A stretch of DNA of 64,000 bases from Octopus vulgaris (Eukaryota), in contig OX597823.1 in NCBI GenBank assembly GCA_951406725.2, positions 71,052,001 to 71,116,000 of the forward strand, given 5' to 3'. The number at the start of each line of letters is the position of its first letter. Position 1 is the stretch's first letter. The notes beneath the pieces are model-generated. The model was not told where the DNA came from, ran no database searches, and was given only the letters and a program-made list of their open reading frames with translations. Positions 29,953-44,330 of this stretch are shown one piece after another. The position numbers were made by a program, and so were the translations under genes.

Positions 29953-31137
29953 TCTTATATAAACGCCTGGGCTAAAGGAGAACGGAGATGACGTATATGA
30001 TATTTCATAGGCAAATGATGGAGCGCAAGTATGCAAAATGACAGGAATATAAATCTTAAACTTTTCTTAACAATAAAACCTTTCCTGATAGTGACAGGAA
30101 AACTTTATGGAGACGATAGCTTCCTAGTCTCATTCAATAAGAGTGAACACAAACGGGATGGATTTAGAAAAGTTTTCATGAATTTATTTATTGAAATAAG
30201 ATTACATGTATAAAGTGGATATAAATCCCACAACAACTATATTTTAGACATTACTTATTTTGTTACAAATTTATTCAGCCCTTACCAAATGAAATTTTAT
30301 TTCTGAAAATAAGAGTTCTATCCACCAACCAAACATTTTTACTATTTTATTATTAAGCATATTTCATCATTTTCATTCGGATGAACTTCAATTTAACAAT
30401 GCTTTTCGCTATTATAATACCGCACAAGGCGTTGGGCTAGCAGAATAGTTGGAGCGTGTGCATTTTATCTGTTCTTTATGTTCTGATTTAAAGTTCTCCC
30501 AGTTCAACTTTGCTTTTCATTCCTCCGGTATTGATAGAATAATGTACAACTCAACAAATGGCTTTATGCCGGGATACGAAACAAATATTATAATAATGCA
30601 ACACACTATCACAGTTACTTTTCCAAGAAAATAGACTATATGCCAAAATATAATGTTTCAAAGTGTACCAAAGATTTTGTATGAGAGAGACCCAAACTAA
30701 AGCGTTCCTATCTTTAGACATCTTTCATAAATTCCCTTTCAATTTTCAACGAGCCACAAATGCAACATGTTCATTAATGGAAATCCGATTACAGTAAGCT
30801 ATGCTTCCAGTAAAAACGTTACAAATTCCAATTACCATGCTAAATTATTTTCTTGTACAGTTAATTCATTTTCTGCTCCTACTTTCAACTGAATTAATCG
30901 TAATAATTCGCACTTGATGGTACCTATCTGGCAAATTCATTAGTAAGATTACCCAAGTAACACCAAGATAACAGATCTTTGACAAAAATATACTCGATTA
31001 ACATGATTTTAAATATCTCCTTTTTATCAATACCGATATACATTTACCAAGCCAAACGGGAAGTTGGCAATGAAAAACAGGTAATACTCCTTGAGAACAA
31101 TAAACCAACGTATACTAAAGATTACTTAACGTTGTAT

Positions 31138-31309
31138 AGGCGTAGGAGTGGCTGTGTGGTAAGTAGCTTGCTTACCAACCACATGGTTCCGGGTTCAGTC
31201 CCACTGTGTGGCACCTTGGGCAAGTGTCTTCTACTAAAGCCTCGGGCCGACCAAAGCCTTGTGAGTAGATTTGGTAGATGAAAACTGAAAGAAGCCCGTC
31301 GTATATATG

Positions 31310-31341
<32 letters not shown>

Positions 31342-31576
31342 TGTATGTATGTATGTATGTATGTATGTATGTGTATTTGTGTGTCTGTGTTTGTCCCCCC
31401 AACATCGCTTGACAACCGATGCTGGTGTGTTTAGGTCCCCGTAAACTAGCGGTTCGGCAAAAGAAACCGATAGAATAAGTACTAAGCTTACAAAGAATAA
31501 GTCGATTTGCTCGACTAAAGGCGTGCTCCAGCATGGCCACAGTCAAATGACTGAAACAAGTAAAAGAGTAAAGAGT
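31138..31576 (+). mobile_element. tRNA-derived SINE, family 1
   Basis: Same sequence as 8567-8979, ending in (aagagta)n. Confidence 0.9.
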
Positions 31577-31699
31577 ATGTATGCATATTTATTCATACAC
31601 TAGTTCTTATGAGTGTAAACACTTGTGTGTATGTATTTGCAAGCTTTTCGAGATATATACACACTCACATATTTGTGTTTATGTGTGTAACATATATTT

Positions 31700-32000
31700 C
31701 TTCATGAGCTGGGATGCATCAAAAGTGACAGCCAAAGTTTCGCGTCTCTCACTTAGATTCTCACACTCCGAAGACCCAGCCCAACTCGAATGGACCGTAG
31801 CTTGTATCTCATCAGCATCTAACGACGAACAAGCCCTCTTAATCTTGATGGTCCTTTGTGGTAAAGCTCAGTCGGTGGAGCATTTCTCAGAATGCCAGTC
31901 TTCATAGCCCACCTTTATGGGTATGTAGCGCGCCTTCCAGCCTGTACTTTTAATTTTCGACCAGTTCCTAGGACTATGCAGATTTCTTCTTATTGCCTCA
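31700..32000 (-). mobile_element. Possible RLE-LINE endonuclease C-terminal remnant
   Basis: GWKARYIPIKVG on the minus strand resembles the RLE end motif. Confidence 0.35.
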
Positions 32001-32566
32001 ACCAATATATATGTATGTATGTGTGTGTGTGCGAGTGTGCGCGCGCGTATAGTTTTGTATAAATACTAATCGTTAGAATTCATGATGCATTGAAACCTAA
32101 GAAATAGACAAACTGACGTATGCAAACATATAGACGTAACGATCAGTTATGTTATGCATGTAATAGACGAAATACGAAGTGACATGATGTCTAGTGCAAA
32201 TTGCTATTTAATTATAATGCATCTATAAATATTATAAATTGATTTTCAAGTACAATAAAGGATTTGTCATAATCATCAGTCAACATTAATCATGCTTTAT
32301 TCTTTTTATTTTCGAGATTAAAACGCAAAATCTCCATTTAGGTTTAAGGATAATCACTTGCAGATATTCTTTTGTTGTATTGAATTGTAAAAATCGATAA
32401 GACTGCGTGTTCCAATAAAAACAGCGATTATTTATTAATTGATCAACTCGAAATCTTATTAGTGTTATTGTCGTTTATTGACTACACGTGTACGATGTTA
32501 GTTCTACACTAAAGAATTTGAGAATGAACATTAACAAAAAGTCACTAGTTTACAAAAACAGCATAC

Positions 32567-32930
32567 GATGTATGTATGCATGTATGTATGTATGTATGTA
32601 TGTATGTATGTATGTATGTATGTATGTATGTATGTATGTATGCATGCATGTATGTATGTATGTATGTATGTATCTATGCATGTATGTGTGCGTGTATGTA
32701 TGTGTGTATGTATGTATGTATGCATGTATGTATGCATCTATGTATGTATGTGTGTGTGTATGTATTTGTGTATGTATGTATGTATATATGTATGTGTGTA
32801 TGTATGTATGTATGTGTGTATGTATGTATGTATGTTTGTATGTATGTATGTGTGTGTGTATGTGTGTGTGTATGTATTTGTGTATGTATGTATGTATGTA
32901 TGTATGTATGTATGTATGTATGTATGTACG
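32567..32930. repeat. (TATG)n/(TG)n microsatellite
   Basis: Direct inspection. Confidence 0.97.
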
Positions 32931-33498
32931 TACACATGTTTTTAAGTACAGGATGCAGCGAAGAAATAAAAAATGCAAGCAAACTAAAGGTATGTCCTTT
33001 TATCTTTAACACTTCACCGAACATCAGAAGATGAAAAATCATTTGCTGCGTGACTTTGGTCTTGGAGAAATATATATTTTTTCGTTGATGTTGTATAAAA
33101 AACAAACGCCGAGCACCAAATGATATTCGATCAGTGCTATTTGTTCTTCTTTGGTGTACATTACCAGTGGAGAGGCCATGCTTACTCTGTAAAGCCAGAA
33201 AAAGAAAATTGCACGATCGGGCTCAAACTACGATCACGTGAGCACAATAGTACCAACTATAAGCACGCATAAGTGCTGTTAATGTTTGACTTAGCCTCGT
33301 ATATATGTATACTTGGAAATGGATGTGTGACGTTCAATTAAGTAATGATATAAATGACATATATATATATATATCGAACTCACAAGAGTAAACAAGAGAG
33401 ACAGAGACAGGCAGAAACAAGGAAAATGCCACTATACAAATATTCTTTTAAAAAACTTTTCTTTTAATTTTTCTAAATTTAATTGTTTTCCATACTTA

Positions 33499-33534
33499 CA
33501 GTTGAAAAAGTCTCAATGACCGAAACCGGTACTG
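33499..33534 (+). ncRNA. Degenerate hammerhead motif
   Basis: cag TTGAAAA agtc(tcaat)gacc GAAA ccgg TA ctg: stem I cag/ctg, palindrome ACCGGT, mutated core. Confidence 0.5.
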
Positions 33535-33585
33535 AAATGGTTTTTATAAAATTATTTTAGCATTTTCTATCTTGACTTTTTTACC

Positions 33586-33647
<62 letters not shown>

Positions 33648-33859
33648 GCATATATGGGTACAGGACGTCACCCACTGTGTAAACAACATGAAGTACGAAA
33701 ACAAACGAGTTAAATATGCATGCAACGAGAGAAAAAATGGAAAATAGGACAAGTAACAAAGAGAACGACCTTTCACCAGTTGTTAGCTATCTATCTATTC
33801 CTCATTTCGAGAATTTAAATAACAGTTGTTCCCATAAATTCAAAAATAAAATTTGGGAT

Positions 33860-35235
33860 TTAAGGAAGGTCAAAGATGGGAACAAAAACTGGACAGTGGA
33901 GACATACAAGGAAACCGAACGCAATCATTTCGTTGCTGAAGGAAGTCGAGGCTTGATCCAGTTTAAAATTCCTTACAAAAGTACCACAATTGAACTGGCC
34001 AAATATCATGAAACATCTAACAACTATATGCAAAAATACATTACAAATCACGGGAGGCGTAAGGAACTTCATTCTGTCATGAAGGAATGCAAAAACTTTG
34101 CTACTGAGTTCATGCATAATGCCCATCATAATGCTGAACATCATGATGGAAGTGCGACTGTTGTTGCAAAGAATGTGAAACCAAAGGCAAAGGAAAGCGT
34201 ACATGAACAATTGACCAACAGGTGCGAGCAGAAACCTCTGCATGACAATATGTAGCCCGTAGCAAACAAGCTGATGTAGACCAGAAGCATACTCAACAGT
34301 GGGTATGAAGTTCAGAGCTAAAGGCAGAGAGCAAAGGTCTCATCTTATCTGTTCTAGATAAAAGCATATTGACCCGGAACTACGAATCCAATGTTATGAA
34401 AAATGGAGTAGACCCAAATTGCCAATTCTGCAACGAAACAGTGGACCATTGGGTGTACAGTTTTAACACCAGTGAAGTATAAATCAAGGTATGACTGAGT
34501 TGACCAATATTTACATTGGTTAATGTGTCTCCATTATAAAATCAAAGCTGTTAACATGGTATAATCACAATCCTGAGGCTAAAACTGGGGGAGAAATTTT
34601 AACAGAGGAAGAAAATGAAATGATTCTTTGGGACTTTCCAATATATATAGACAGAACCATCAAAGTTTAAAAAACAGATATTGTTGTGAAAGACCAACGC
34701 AATAAAGTCTGTTTATTGACTGACATGAGCATTGCGTACGATCATAAATATCTCAGCAAAAGAATTTGAGAGGTTCAGAAAATATGAAAATGTGCTCATT
34801 AAAATCGAAAAACATGTAGCATCTCAATAAGAATTGTAGGAGCACATAAAAAAAGAACAGAAAATTATTTGAGGCTGATCCCTGGATTACCATCAATGCA
34901 AGTAATACAAAATACTTCTAACTGGCACGTCACGCGTATTGAGAAATGCTTTGGCGCTGTGAGCGTTGTCATGGTGTCTTTACCTTCTTTTAAATTTTTT
35001 CTTTATTCTATTTTCTTTTTTCTTCTTAACTTTTCTCTCTTTATTTCCGTAATTCTTTTCCTTTTTCCTTTCCTTTTTTCTTTTTCTTTTATCACATAAC
35101 TTGATTTTGTAACTGAACAATCTGATGTGTTAATTTTAACGGCGGACCGATGTATCCAGTGAGTTTCTTTGCCCTAGGTGTCAGGAGGATTCTCGGAAAG
35201 CAATGGAAACAAAACTGAAGTAAGAAAAACACAAT
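33860..35235 (+). mobile_element. Older degraded copy of the same RLE LINE, tandem upstream
   Basis: GGRGL-like EGSRGL, KPLH, DPNCQFC..VDH, ILWDFP.YIDRTIK with stops and frameshifts; 3' UTR homologous to 35990-36075. Confidence 0.85.
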
Positions 35236-35260
35236 AATAATAATAGTGATAATAATAATA

Positions 35261-35329
<69 letters not shown>

Positions 35330-35335
<6 letters not shown>

Positions 35336-36100
35336 GAGCAGACCCAAAATGCCGATTCTGCAACGACATGATTGAAACAGTGGACCACCTAATCTCTGGA
35401 TGTAAAGTCTTAGCACCAGTGGAGTATAAATTAAGACATGACAGAGTTGGCCAATATCTCCACTGGCTAATAAGTCGGCATTACAATATCAAAACTGCCG
35501 ACAAGTGGTATAATCACCACCCTGAGGCTGTAACTGAAGGAGAAAATGTAACCATTCTGTGGGACTTTCCAGTACATACAGACCGAACCATCAAGGCCAA
35601 TAAACCAGATATTGTTGTGAAAGACCAAAACAATAAAGTTTGCTTATTGATCGACATGAGCATCCCCTGTGATCATAATATCTCGGCGAAAGAGTTTGAC
35701 AAGCTCAGAAAATATAAAGACCTACTCATTGAAATTGAGAAAATGTGGCATCTCAAGGCGGTTACAATACCAGTGATCGTAGGAGCACTAGGAATGATCA
35801 AGAAGGGAACCGAAAATTATATGAGAATGATCCCTGGCTTACCATCCCTGCAAGAAGTGCAAAAGATTGTCTTAACTGGTACATCACACGTATTGAGAAG
35901 AGCATTGTCGATGTGAGAACTGTTGCTGCTCATGTACTTTAATTTAACTTAGAAAAAAAAAAAAAAATGAACGAACTACTGAGTTTGGTTTAATGGCCTA
36001 CCAATGTATACTATGAGTTTCTTTGCCCTAGGAGTCGGGAAGACACTCGGCAAGAAATGGAAGCAAATTTGAAAGAAGAAGAAAAAAATAATAATAATAG
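35330..36100 (+). mobile_element. 5'-truncated R4/Dong-like non-LTR retrotransposon with intact C-terminus (zinc knuckle plus restriction-like endonuclease)
   Basis: DPKCRFC..ETVDHLISGC (CCHC), RHD, WD..DRTI.ANKPDIV..LIDMSIP..KLRKY; ORF ends 35916; 3' UTR ends in (TAA)n and the 5' junction lies in (TAA)n. Confidence 0.92.
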
Positions 36101-36186
36101 AACAAAAATTGATTGCTATAAATGGCAATAAATGAGAGCATGTGTGTATAAGCACGTACACCCACACACATATACATACATGTGTG

Positions 36187-36241
<55 letters not shown>

Positions 36242-37191
36242 ATCACGTGATCACGTGACCGACCAGACCATCAAATATTGCTACACATCGCTGGTCACAA
36301 TGCGTTCGCATTGTTTTAGCCTTCGAATGACACCACCCCGCTGGCTAAGAGAACAGGCCAATATATATATAAACATATATATATATATATATATATTCAT
36401 TGTATTGTTTGTCTTGCATTCTGTTTTTTCGTTGTTAAAAAAAGTTCGTTTCCTTGTTTGATTTTATGTTTTCGTTTCTCGTTGTGTTCTACGTTTATTT
36501 GTAGTGTCCTGTACTCATATATGCATGTATATATACATATAGATGTAGATATGTACATATATGTATGCATGTATGCATATGTTTTATTTATTAAATTGTT
36601 ATTATATATATATATATATATGTACACACACACATATTTGCATACATATAACATACCTCTAAATATTATGTATAGCTATAGATAACGTTATTTTTGTTTT
36701 GTAATATAATTTTACACTAATATTCAGTAAATAACCGGAGTTAACTAAAAACTAGTTACTTTGTCACTACTTCCACAACCGCGTTATTTTTGGAGCTATT
36801 TTATTTTGTGCGCACTAAGTTCAAACGTGTCTGGATATCAACTTTTAGCTTAGACATAGCATATATTCAATTTTCTGATCTTGGTGACATGGAAGAAGGA
36901 ATACTCGCATAGAAACTTTATTTAAGGTAATAAGATATCAATTTGAATGCAGTGTCAGACATCTCAACGCCAAAAAAAAACAATAAATAAATAAATAAGT
37001 AAATTCACTCAGTCGCTATATTTATCAAATTTTGGGCACTTATCTATACGATCATCACACAACTGTTTAGAATATTTGACAATATGATCTTCCAGGAACA
37101 AACTTATTTAATCTGCATATCTCCATAACTACTAAAATGTTGCTTAAGAGTGCTGGTGACCTATTAGCGTGATATTTGTATATTTGTATTT

Positions 37192-37410
37192 AAGGCGGCG
37201 AACTGGCAGAATCATTAACTTGTCAGACATGATGCCTAGCGGCATTTTGCTCGTCTTTACCTTCTGAATTCAAAATGCCAGCGATGTCGACTTTGCCGTT
37301 CATTCTTTCGCGGTCGATAGAATAAGTTCCAGTTGTGTACTGAGTTCGAGGAAATCCACTAGCTTCCTTCCCCACAAAATTCTAACCTTTGTGCCTTTAG
37401 TAGAAAGGAT
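37192..37410 (+). mobile_element. SINE family 2, monomer
   Basis: aaggcggcgaactggcagaatc..gtcgactttgcc..gtgcctttagtagaaagg. Confidence 0.8.
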
Positions 37411-37559
37411 GTTAATACACTTACAAACATATAAAAAGAACGTAGGCCCCCCAAAAAACTTTCGACTGATTTGCAATGACCCATTACTGACAGAGAACCA
37501 CTATCACAAGCACACTATTTCACCCCTCCTTTTTCATCTTTTCTTTCTTTCTTCTTTTT

Positions 37560-37840
<281 letters not shown>

Positions 37841-38157
37841 TTTTTTTCTTGTCCTCATCTTTTTACATAGAACAATGTTTGCCCCTCTCAACTAGTTGTC
37901 TACCATTTCTGCTCAGGTCTCACTATCCCAAGCCATCTCCATTTTATTTATTGCAGCACGCTAACTATCTAGCTTCATATTTCCTGCTGGAATATATTTC
38001 TTCCTTCGACACTCCGATTTTATGCGTTTCTTCTTTGAAGACTCTACATTTATAACAAGCAAAATCACCTTACATTGATCTAATTAGTCTGAAATTCCTT
38101 TGAAATTTAGGATAGTTTAATATTTGATTTATATTCCTTTCTATTTGCAACTATAAA

Positions 38158-38207
<50 letters not shown>

Positions 38208-38246
38208 TATTATTATTATTATTATTATAAATTATTATTATTATTG

Positions 38247-38799
38247 AGTGAGAGAGCAGTGTACGCCTTCAAAGTGACACTGGGGTAAAATATACGAAGC
38301 CCCGTATACCCATCATGACTACCCGTCTGATAAGTATACACTAGGCACATGCATCACAACCATATATGCGCGACATGGTGATCTCATATAAAGATAAACA
38401 GCACATGGCCTTGCAGGTGGGGCCCAGTTAGAATTTTCTTCTAGTCGAGTAACCCATCCCGCTCAAAAGGTCCCTGAATAAGGATTGTTTAAGGGCGTTT
38501 AACGAAAGACCCATGTTTCCAGCAGTGAATTATTCAAACCCCGAAGAATCCCTCTCATCATATGGCTATGATACTCCCCCGCTACGTCTGCTCGTGATCA
38601 GAGATGCACATATCGCCAGCCACTAAGGGCCATGCTCAACTGGTTATGGTCAAACAACTGACAAGCAAATCTGTGGCATTGAGCAGAATATTAGATGTAG
38701 CCCATCTTTTATACCAAGACAAAACAATGTACATGATAACACTTCCAATCAGTTAAGATCAGAAGACACGAGAGCCACTGTCTGGTACTGCATCAGGGC

Positions 38800-38800
<1 letters not shown>
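38247..38800. mobile_element. Non-coding interspersed element inserted in (TTA)n
   Basis: About 550 bp, GC-richer than its surroundings, with (TTA)n on both sides and no ORF. Confidence 0.6.
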
Positions 38801-38833
<33 letters not shown>

Positions 38834-38909
38834 GTTGTTGTTGTTGTTGTAGCTAAAAATGCTGATTAAAATCATAGAGCTACGTGTGTGTTTGAATATT
38901 ATTTTTTAC

Positions 38910-39490
38910 ACTAGGCACAAGACCTGAAATTTTGGGGGAGGAGCCCAGTCGATTAGATCGACCCCAGTATGCAAGCAACTGGTATTTAATTTATCGACCT
39001 CGGCGGAATTTGAACTCAGATCGTATTGGCATACCAAATACCTATTTCTTAACTACTCACAAGGGCCCAAACACAGAGAGGACAAACAAGGACAGACAAA
39101 CGGATTAAGTCGTTTATATCGACCCCAGTGCGTAACTGGTATTTATTTAATCGACCCTTAAAGGATGAAGGGCAAAGTCGACCTCGGCGGAATTTGAACT
39201 CAGAACGTAGCGGCAGACGACATATCGCTAAGCATTTCGCCCGGATTGCTAACGTTTCTTATTTCTTTACTGCCCACAAAGGGCTACGCACAGAGGGACA
39301 AACAAGGACAGACAAACGGATTAAGTAGATTATATCGATCCCAGTGCGTAACTGGTACTTAGTTTATCGACCCCGAAAGGATAAAAAACAAAGTTGACCT
39401 CGGCAGAATTTGAACTCAGAACGTAACGGCAGAGGAAATACCGCGAATGATTTCGCCCGGTGTGCTAACGCTTCTGCCAGCTCGCCACCT
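38910..39490 (-). mobile_element. SINE family 2, three-unit form
   Basis: Three copies of gacctcggc.gaatttgaactcaga near 38996, 39180 and 39396. Confidence 0.88.
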
Positions 39491-39704
39491 TCCCTACATG
39501 TATTACATATTTCTCACACCATATTGTCACACCACTACATGTATTACATATTTCTACAACATTTGTCGGAATCAATCGCTATCAATGAATATAATATTAG
39601 ATGCGACAAAAATAATTTTTGATACCAATTATTAATTGCATAAATATTTCAAATTTGCTTCTATAATTTATTCTAAATTGCTCTCAACAATTATTCTTTT
39701 GTAG

Positions 39705-39765
39705 TTGCTCCGATTCCATTTTTGATTCTGTGGATAATCTTGAAGAAACTCTACGAAGATACTCA
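39705..39765 (+). CDS. Internal exon of the same GPCR; TM4 and ECL2 start
   Basis: Acceptor ttattcttttgtag, donor gtaagt; 61 bp, phase 1 to 2, compatible with the previous exon: (G+TT=V)APIPFLILWIILKKLYEDT(CA). Confidence 0.9.
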
Positions 39766-40461
39766 GTAAGTAGGCAATTTAAATGCATGCATAAAGTGCT
39801 TTCATTTACATTTACCATCCAAATTAGCATTGATGTATCTGTTCAGAACTGCTTATTTATTCAAATATTATTTAAATTCATGAAAACAACTGTTCACAAA
39901 CAAGACATATAAATGAATATTTACTGTATTCAAATGCAACTGTTGGATTCTCGTTTTATCGTAGCTGCTTCTTAATAAATCTACCTAATAAGGTGTTATG
40001 AATGTTCTCATTATAACAGCTTATTGAGTAAATGCTTTCTTATTAGAATTTCTAGTACGTGACAAAGACATCTACCAACTATTGTGCGTTGATGTGAGAA
40101 CTATCATCATTAGTCCATTAAATGTCAGGCACATATACAGCTCATAAATAGAACTAAGTGCTATATACAATGTGTCCTATGTCCAGAAGATTGCTGAATT
40201 TTGCCAATGTTTGATCACAAAAGTAGGTCTTCGCTGTTTTTCTCATAAGAATATCGCAACAATCCCGCAGGCAAATTTTGTTTACATCGATCAGTTACAA
40301 AAACTATGGTACATATTTGCAGTCAGATTCACTGGAAATATAACACCATATGTCGACAACGATCTATTCTGCCAAATTATTATGTCAATCAATACTTCAT
40401 CCCACACTAAATCAATAGCTATATACATACATATATACACACGCGCTCACACAGACACACA

Positions 40462-40515
<54 letters not shown>

Positions 40516-40534
40516 CATATATATATATATATAT

Positions 40535-40872
<338 letters not shown>

Positions 40873-41276
40873 TAAATATAAGGGTAGCAAAAAAATTCTC
40901 CGCTACCAGCAGTCTAGTGAGAAAGGAAAGAGAGTCAAAGACTATATAATATAATTCAACAATATAAGGAATGACCCTGATAGGCCATTCGACTCACTAG
41001 AAAGAGCAGCCAAACTCAAACCGCTAAATAGTTTTAATTCTGAAATTGAAAGAGAAATAAAAACATTTACCCTTTTCATCTCTGGACTATGCATAGTTTC
41101 GACAAACTTTAGTAAACAAATTAATTAAATTAAATTAAATTTATTTACAACGGCCCGGGGCTATAGCAGAAGACACTTGCCCAAGATTCCACGCAGTGGG
41201 ACTGAACCAGGAACCATGCGGTTGGTTAGCAAGCTACTTACCACACAGCCACTCCTGCACCTATGAAAGATAAGGC

Positions 41277-41348
41277 CTCCCCGGCGGGGAATCGAACCCC
41301 GGTCTCCCGCGTGACAGGCGGGGATACTTACCACTATACAACCGAAGA
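41277..41348 (-). tRNA. tRNA-Asp(GTC), gene or young retrocopy
   Basis: Minus strand TCTTCGGTTGTATAGTGGTAAGTATCCCCGCCTGTCACGCGGGAGACCGGGGTTCGATTCCCCGCCGGGGAG, 72 nt, near-identical to metazoan tRNA-Asp; acceptor stem closes with two G-U pairs; anticodon at 41313-41315. Confidence 0.88.
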
Positions 41349-41354
41349 TATCAC

Positions 41355-41403
41355 ATCCCCGCCTGTCACGCGGGAGACCGGGGTTCGATTCCCCGCCCGG
41401 GAG
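41355..41403 (+). pseudogene. 5'-truncated inverted copy of the tRNA-Asp
   Basis: ATCCCCGCCTGTCACGCGGGAGACCGGGGTTCGATTCCCCGCCCGGGAG mirrors 41277-41326; the D-arm and 5' acceptor strand are missing. Confidence 0.88.
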
Positions 41404-41417
41404 GCCTTATCTTTCAT

Positions 41418-41580
41418 AGGCGCAGGAGTGGCTGTGTGGTAAGTAGCTTGCTAACCAACCACATGGTTCCGGGTTCAGTCCCACTGCGTGGAATCTTGGG
41501 CAAGTGTCTTCTGCTATAGCCCCGGGCCGACCAATGCCTTGTGAGTGGATTTGGTAGACGGAAACTGAAAGAAGCCTGTC

Positions 41581-41630
<50 letters not shown>

Positions 41631-41830
41631 ATGTGTGTGTCTGTGTTTGTCCCCCTAGCATTGCTTGACAACCGATGCTGGTGTGTTTACGTCCCCGTCA
41701 CTTAGCGGTTCGGCAAAAGAGACCGATAGAATAAGTACTGGGCTTACAAAGAATAAGTCCCGGGGTCGAGTTGCTCGACTAAAGGCGGTGCTTCAGCATG
41801 GCCGCAGTCAAATGACTGAAACAAGTAAAA
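41418..41830 (+). mobile_element. tRNA-derived SINE, family 1, directly downstream of the partial tRNA-Asp
   Basis: Full-length match to the family; its 5' part is mirrored at 41151-41262. Confidence 0.9.
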
Positions 41831-42039
41831 AAGAAAAGAAAAAAAATATATATATACAGAACATACGTTATGCTTACATATACGAAGGCTCATACATATA
41901 TATGTACGCATGTACAAGACCGGCTTAAACTGCCCGCCTAACAGCTCCAAGCGCGATATAGTCAAAATAAATACCGCAGTGAATACAATGACGAAATATA
42001 TAAATTTATAAATAGTGATAATATCGATGTTTAAATATC

Positions 42040-42255
42040 GATCTTATCAAGTGGCCATCATGGGAATAAATACCATACAAAGGTAATAATTATTTAAACC
42101 TATAAATTAGGGTATCTGATAGATACCACCATGCTGAAATAGCAGCATCTTGAATTATCCAGAAAAATCTATTTTGCTCGTTTATTTTGTCTCTCAGTCT
42201 TCTCTCTTGGCGTGATATAAACATTTAAGGTGGCTTTAGGGTCAGGGTTTTGGAT
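42040..42255. mobile_element. Copy of the 28160 family with an internal inversion
   Basis: 42101-42146 is a direct match to 40536-40581; 42148-42252 is the reverse complement of about 40583-40688. Confidence 0.65.
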
Positions 42256-42595
42256 GTTATTAATTGCTTAAATGAGAATCTGGATAAACGGGGTTTTCAG
42301 AGATAGAAATCGGCCGACTAATTCGCACATTACAAGTGCAATATGTGAGTGGGACGGTAATAATATGCAAGACATTTCTCAAGTTCCAAATGTGAATTTG
42401 TCTGTGTTAACTACAACTCAAAGATGGAGAGTTGTGTCTTTGTTGGAAATCGGCTCCCTCCTCAGTGGAAGATTTGTAATAATGAAAAATAGAAGAGACA
42501 TACATACGGAATACATACATACATACATACATACATACATACATACATACATACATACATGTGTATGTTTGTATAAGTGTGTGCCTATATATATT

Positions 42596-42664
<69 letters not shown>

Positions 42665-43957
42665 ATGTATGCATGTATGTGTGTATGTATGAGCGTTTGT
42701 ACGTATATGTATTTGTGTACATATAGGCCTTTCTGCGAATGTGCATGGAATTATGAAGTCCCGTATGTACGTTTATGTGAATATACATGTGTGTGTGTGG
42801 AAGGGAGAGAGAATAAGGATGTTTCATAAAGAAATCTATTATTCACTTGAGCTATTGGAGATAAAACATAAACATGAAAGGCCGTCTGTAGGAAAACTCA
42901 AGATGACTGGTGAGTGAATGGAAATGCATGAACATATGCAGTTTTCACAAAAACACTGAAAAAAATCAAACGTCAAGTAATAAAAAAATATGCTCCGCTC
43001 TCACTCTCCACTATACAAACAATCACTCACTCACTCACTCACTCACTCACTCACTCACACACTCACTCACACATTTCTCCAACAGTATAGATATAATAAC
43101 AAAGTTTAATACAACGAGACAAATAAAGATAACGGCAGAAACAGAAATGTATAGGGAGCTAGTGGAAGTACAAACTATAGATGAATTGAATTACAATGTG
43201 GATGGAAATTACTAAGGAAGGATGTAAAAACTTAACGAGTTACTTTCTAGTGAGTGCGATGGCAAAATACCGCAGTTGGCTTAGTAAGCTGGGTGAAAAT
43301 ATTCTTCCCCAAGTGGCCTACTAATAAGTGAGGGTAATCTGACCCGTGACTACTCTGATTACTTGTTGATAGAAATTATGAAAAAGAAGGATAGATAGTT
43401 TAAGGTGAAGACAATATTACAGCGATGGTTAAGTGTAGGGGTACTAAAGTCAAGCATCGTATAGCGGTCAAAGAACTTAAGGAACGAGAAGCTGCCAGTA
43501 CAATAGATGAGTGTGTCAAGGGATTAAGAGACAAGATGAGGAGGAAATAGAAGATGAACTGAAGCTGTGGAGGCCTTAGTTGGCATCAATGATATTAATT
43601 GGGAGTATTGAGAGCAGCGTTTATATAAAAACTTACGTTTTCACTCAGATAAGCTAATTGGGTATATGACTGATAGATGAAGTCCAGAACCATTTTTGTT
43701 TTCATTTTAGAAACTCAGTTCTGGCATATCTATACGTTCAATGAATCTCCAACTTTTATCATCGGTGGGAGGTGAGAGAGAGAGAGAGAGAAAGAGAGAG
43801 AAAGAGAGAGACAGTGATATATATATATATATAGGGAAAGAAGAAGAGGGAAAAAGAAGGAGAGAGCAAGAAAGAGAGGGAGGGAGAAAGAGAGAAAGAG
43901 AGAAAGAGAGACAGCAGACAGTCGGACTAAATATCTTGAAATATATTTTGTATTCTA

Positions 43958-44330
43958 AAGGCGGTGAGCAGGCAGAAACGTTAGCACGCCGGGCGAAATG
44001 CTTAGCGGTATTTCGTCTGCCGCTACGTTCTGAGTTCAAATTCCGCCGAGGTCGACTTTGTCTTTCATCCTTTCGGGGTCGATATAATCGACTTAATCCG
44101 TTTGTCTGTCTTTGTTTGTCCTCTCTGTGTTTAACCCCTTGTGGGTAGTAAAGAAATAGGTATTACGTCTGCCACTACGTTCTGAGTTCAAATTCCGCCG
44201 AGGTCGACTTTGCCTTTCATCCTTTCGGGGTCGATTAGTTAAGTACCTGCTGCATACTAGGGTAGATCTAATAAACTAGTCACTTTCTCCAAAATTTCGG
44301 GCCTTGTACCTAGAGTAGAAAAGAATATAT
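43958..44330 (+). mobile_element. SINE family 2, two-unit form
   Basis: Near-identical to 57832-58230. Confidence 0.9.

Noticed and set aside
33716-34255. 179 aa ORF as a possible host gene
   Set aside because: It is a frame remnant of the degraded RLE LINE (post-RT region) fused to upstream repeat sequence.
38745-38800. Faint resemblance to U2 snRNA or 5S rRNA segments
   Set aside because: Only about 9 nt matches; not supportable without a covariance-model search.
38910-39490. Regularly spaced repeats that could mimic a CRISPR array
   Set aside because: The spacers are themselves repeated and the units are SINE modules in a eukaryotic context.
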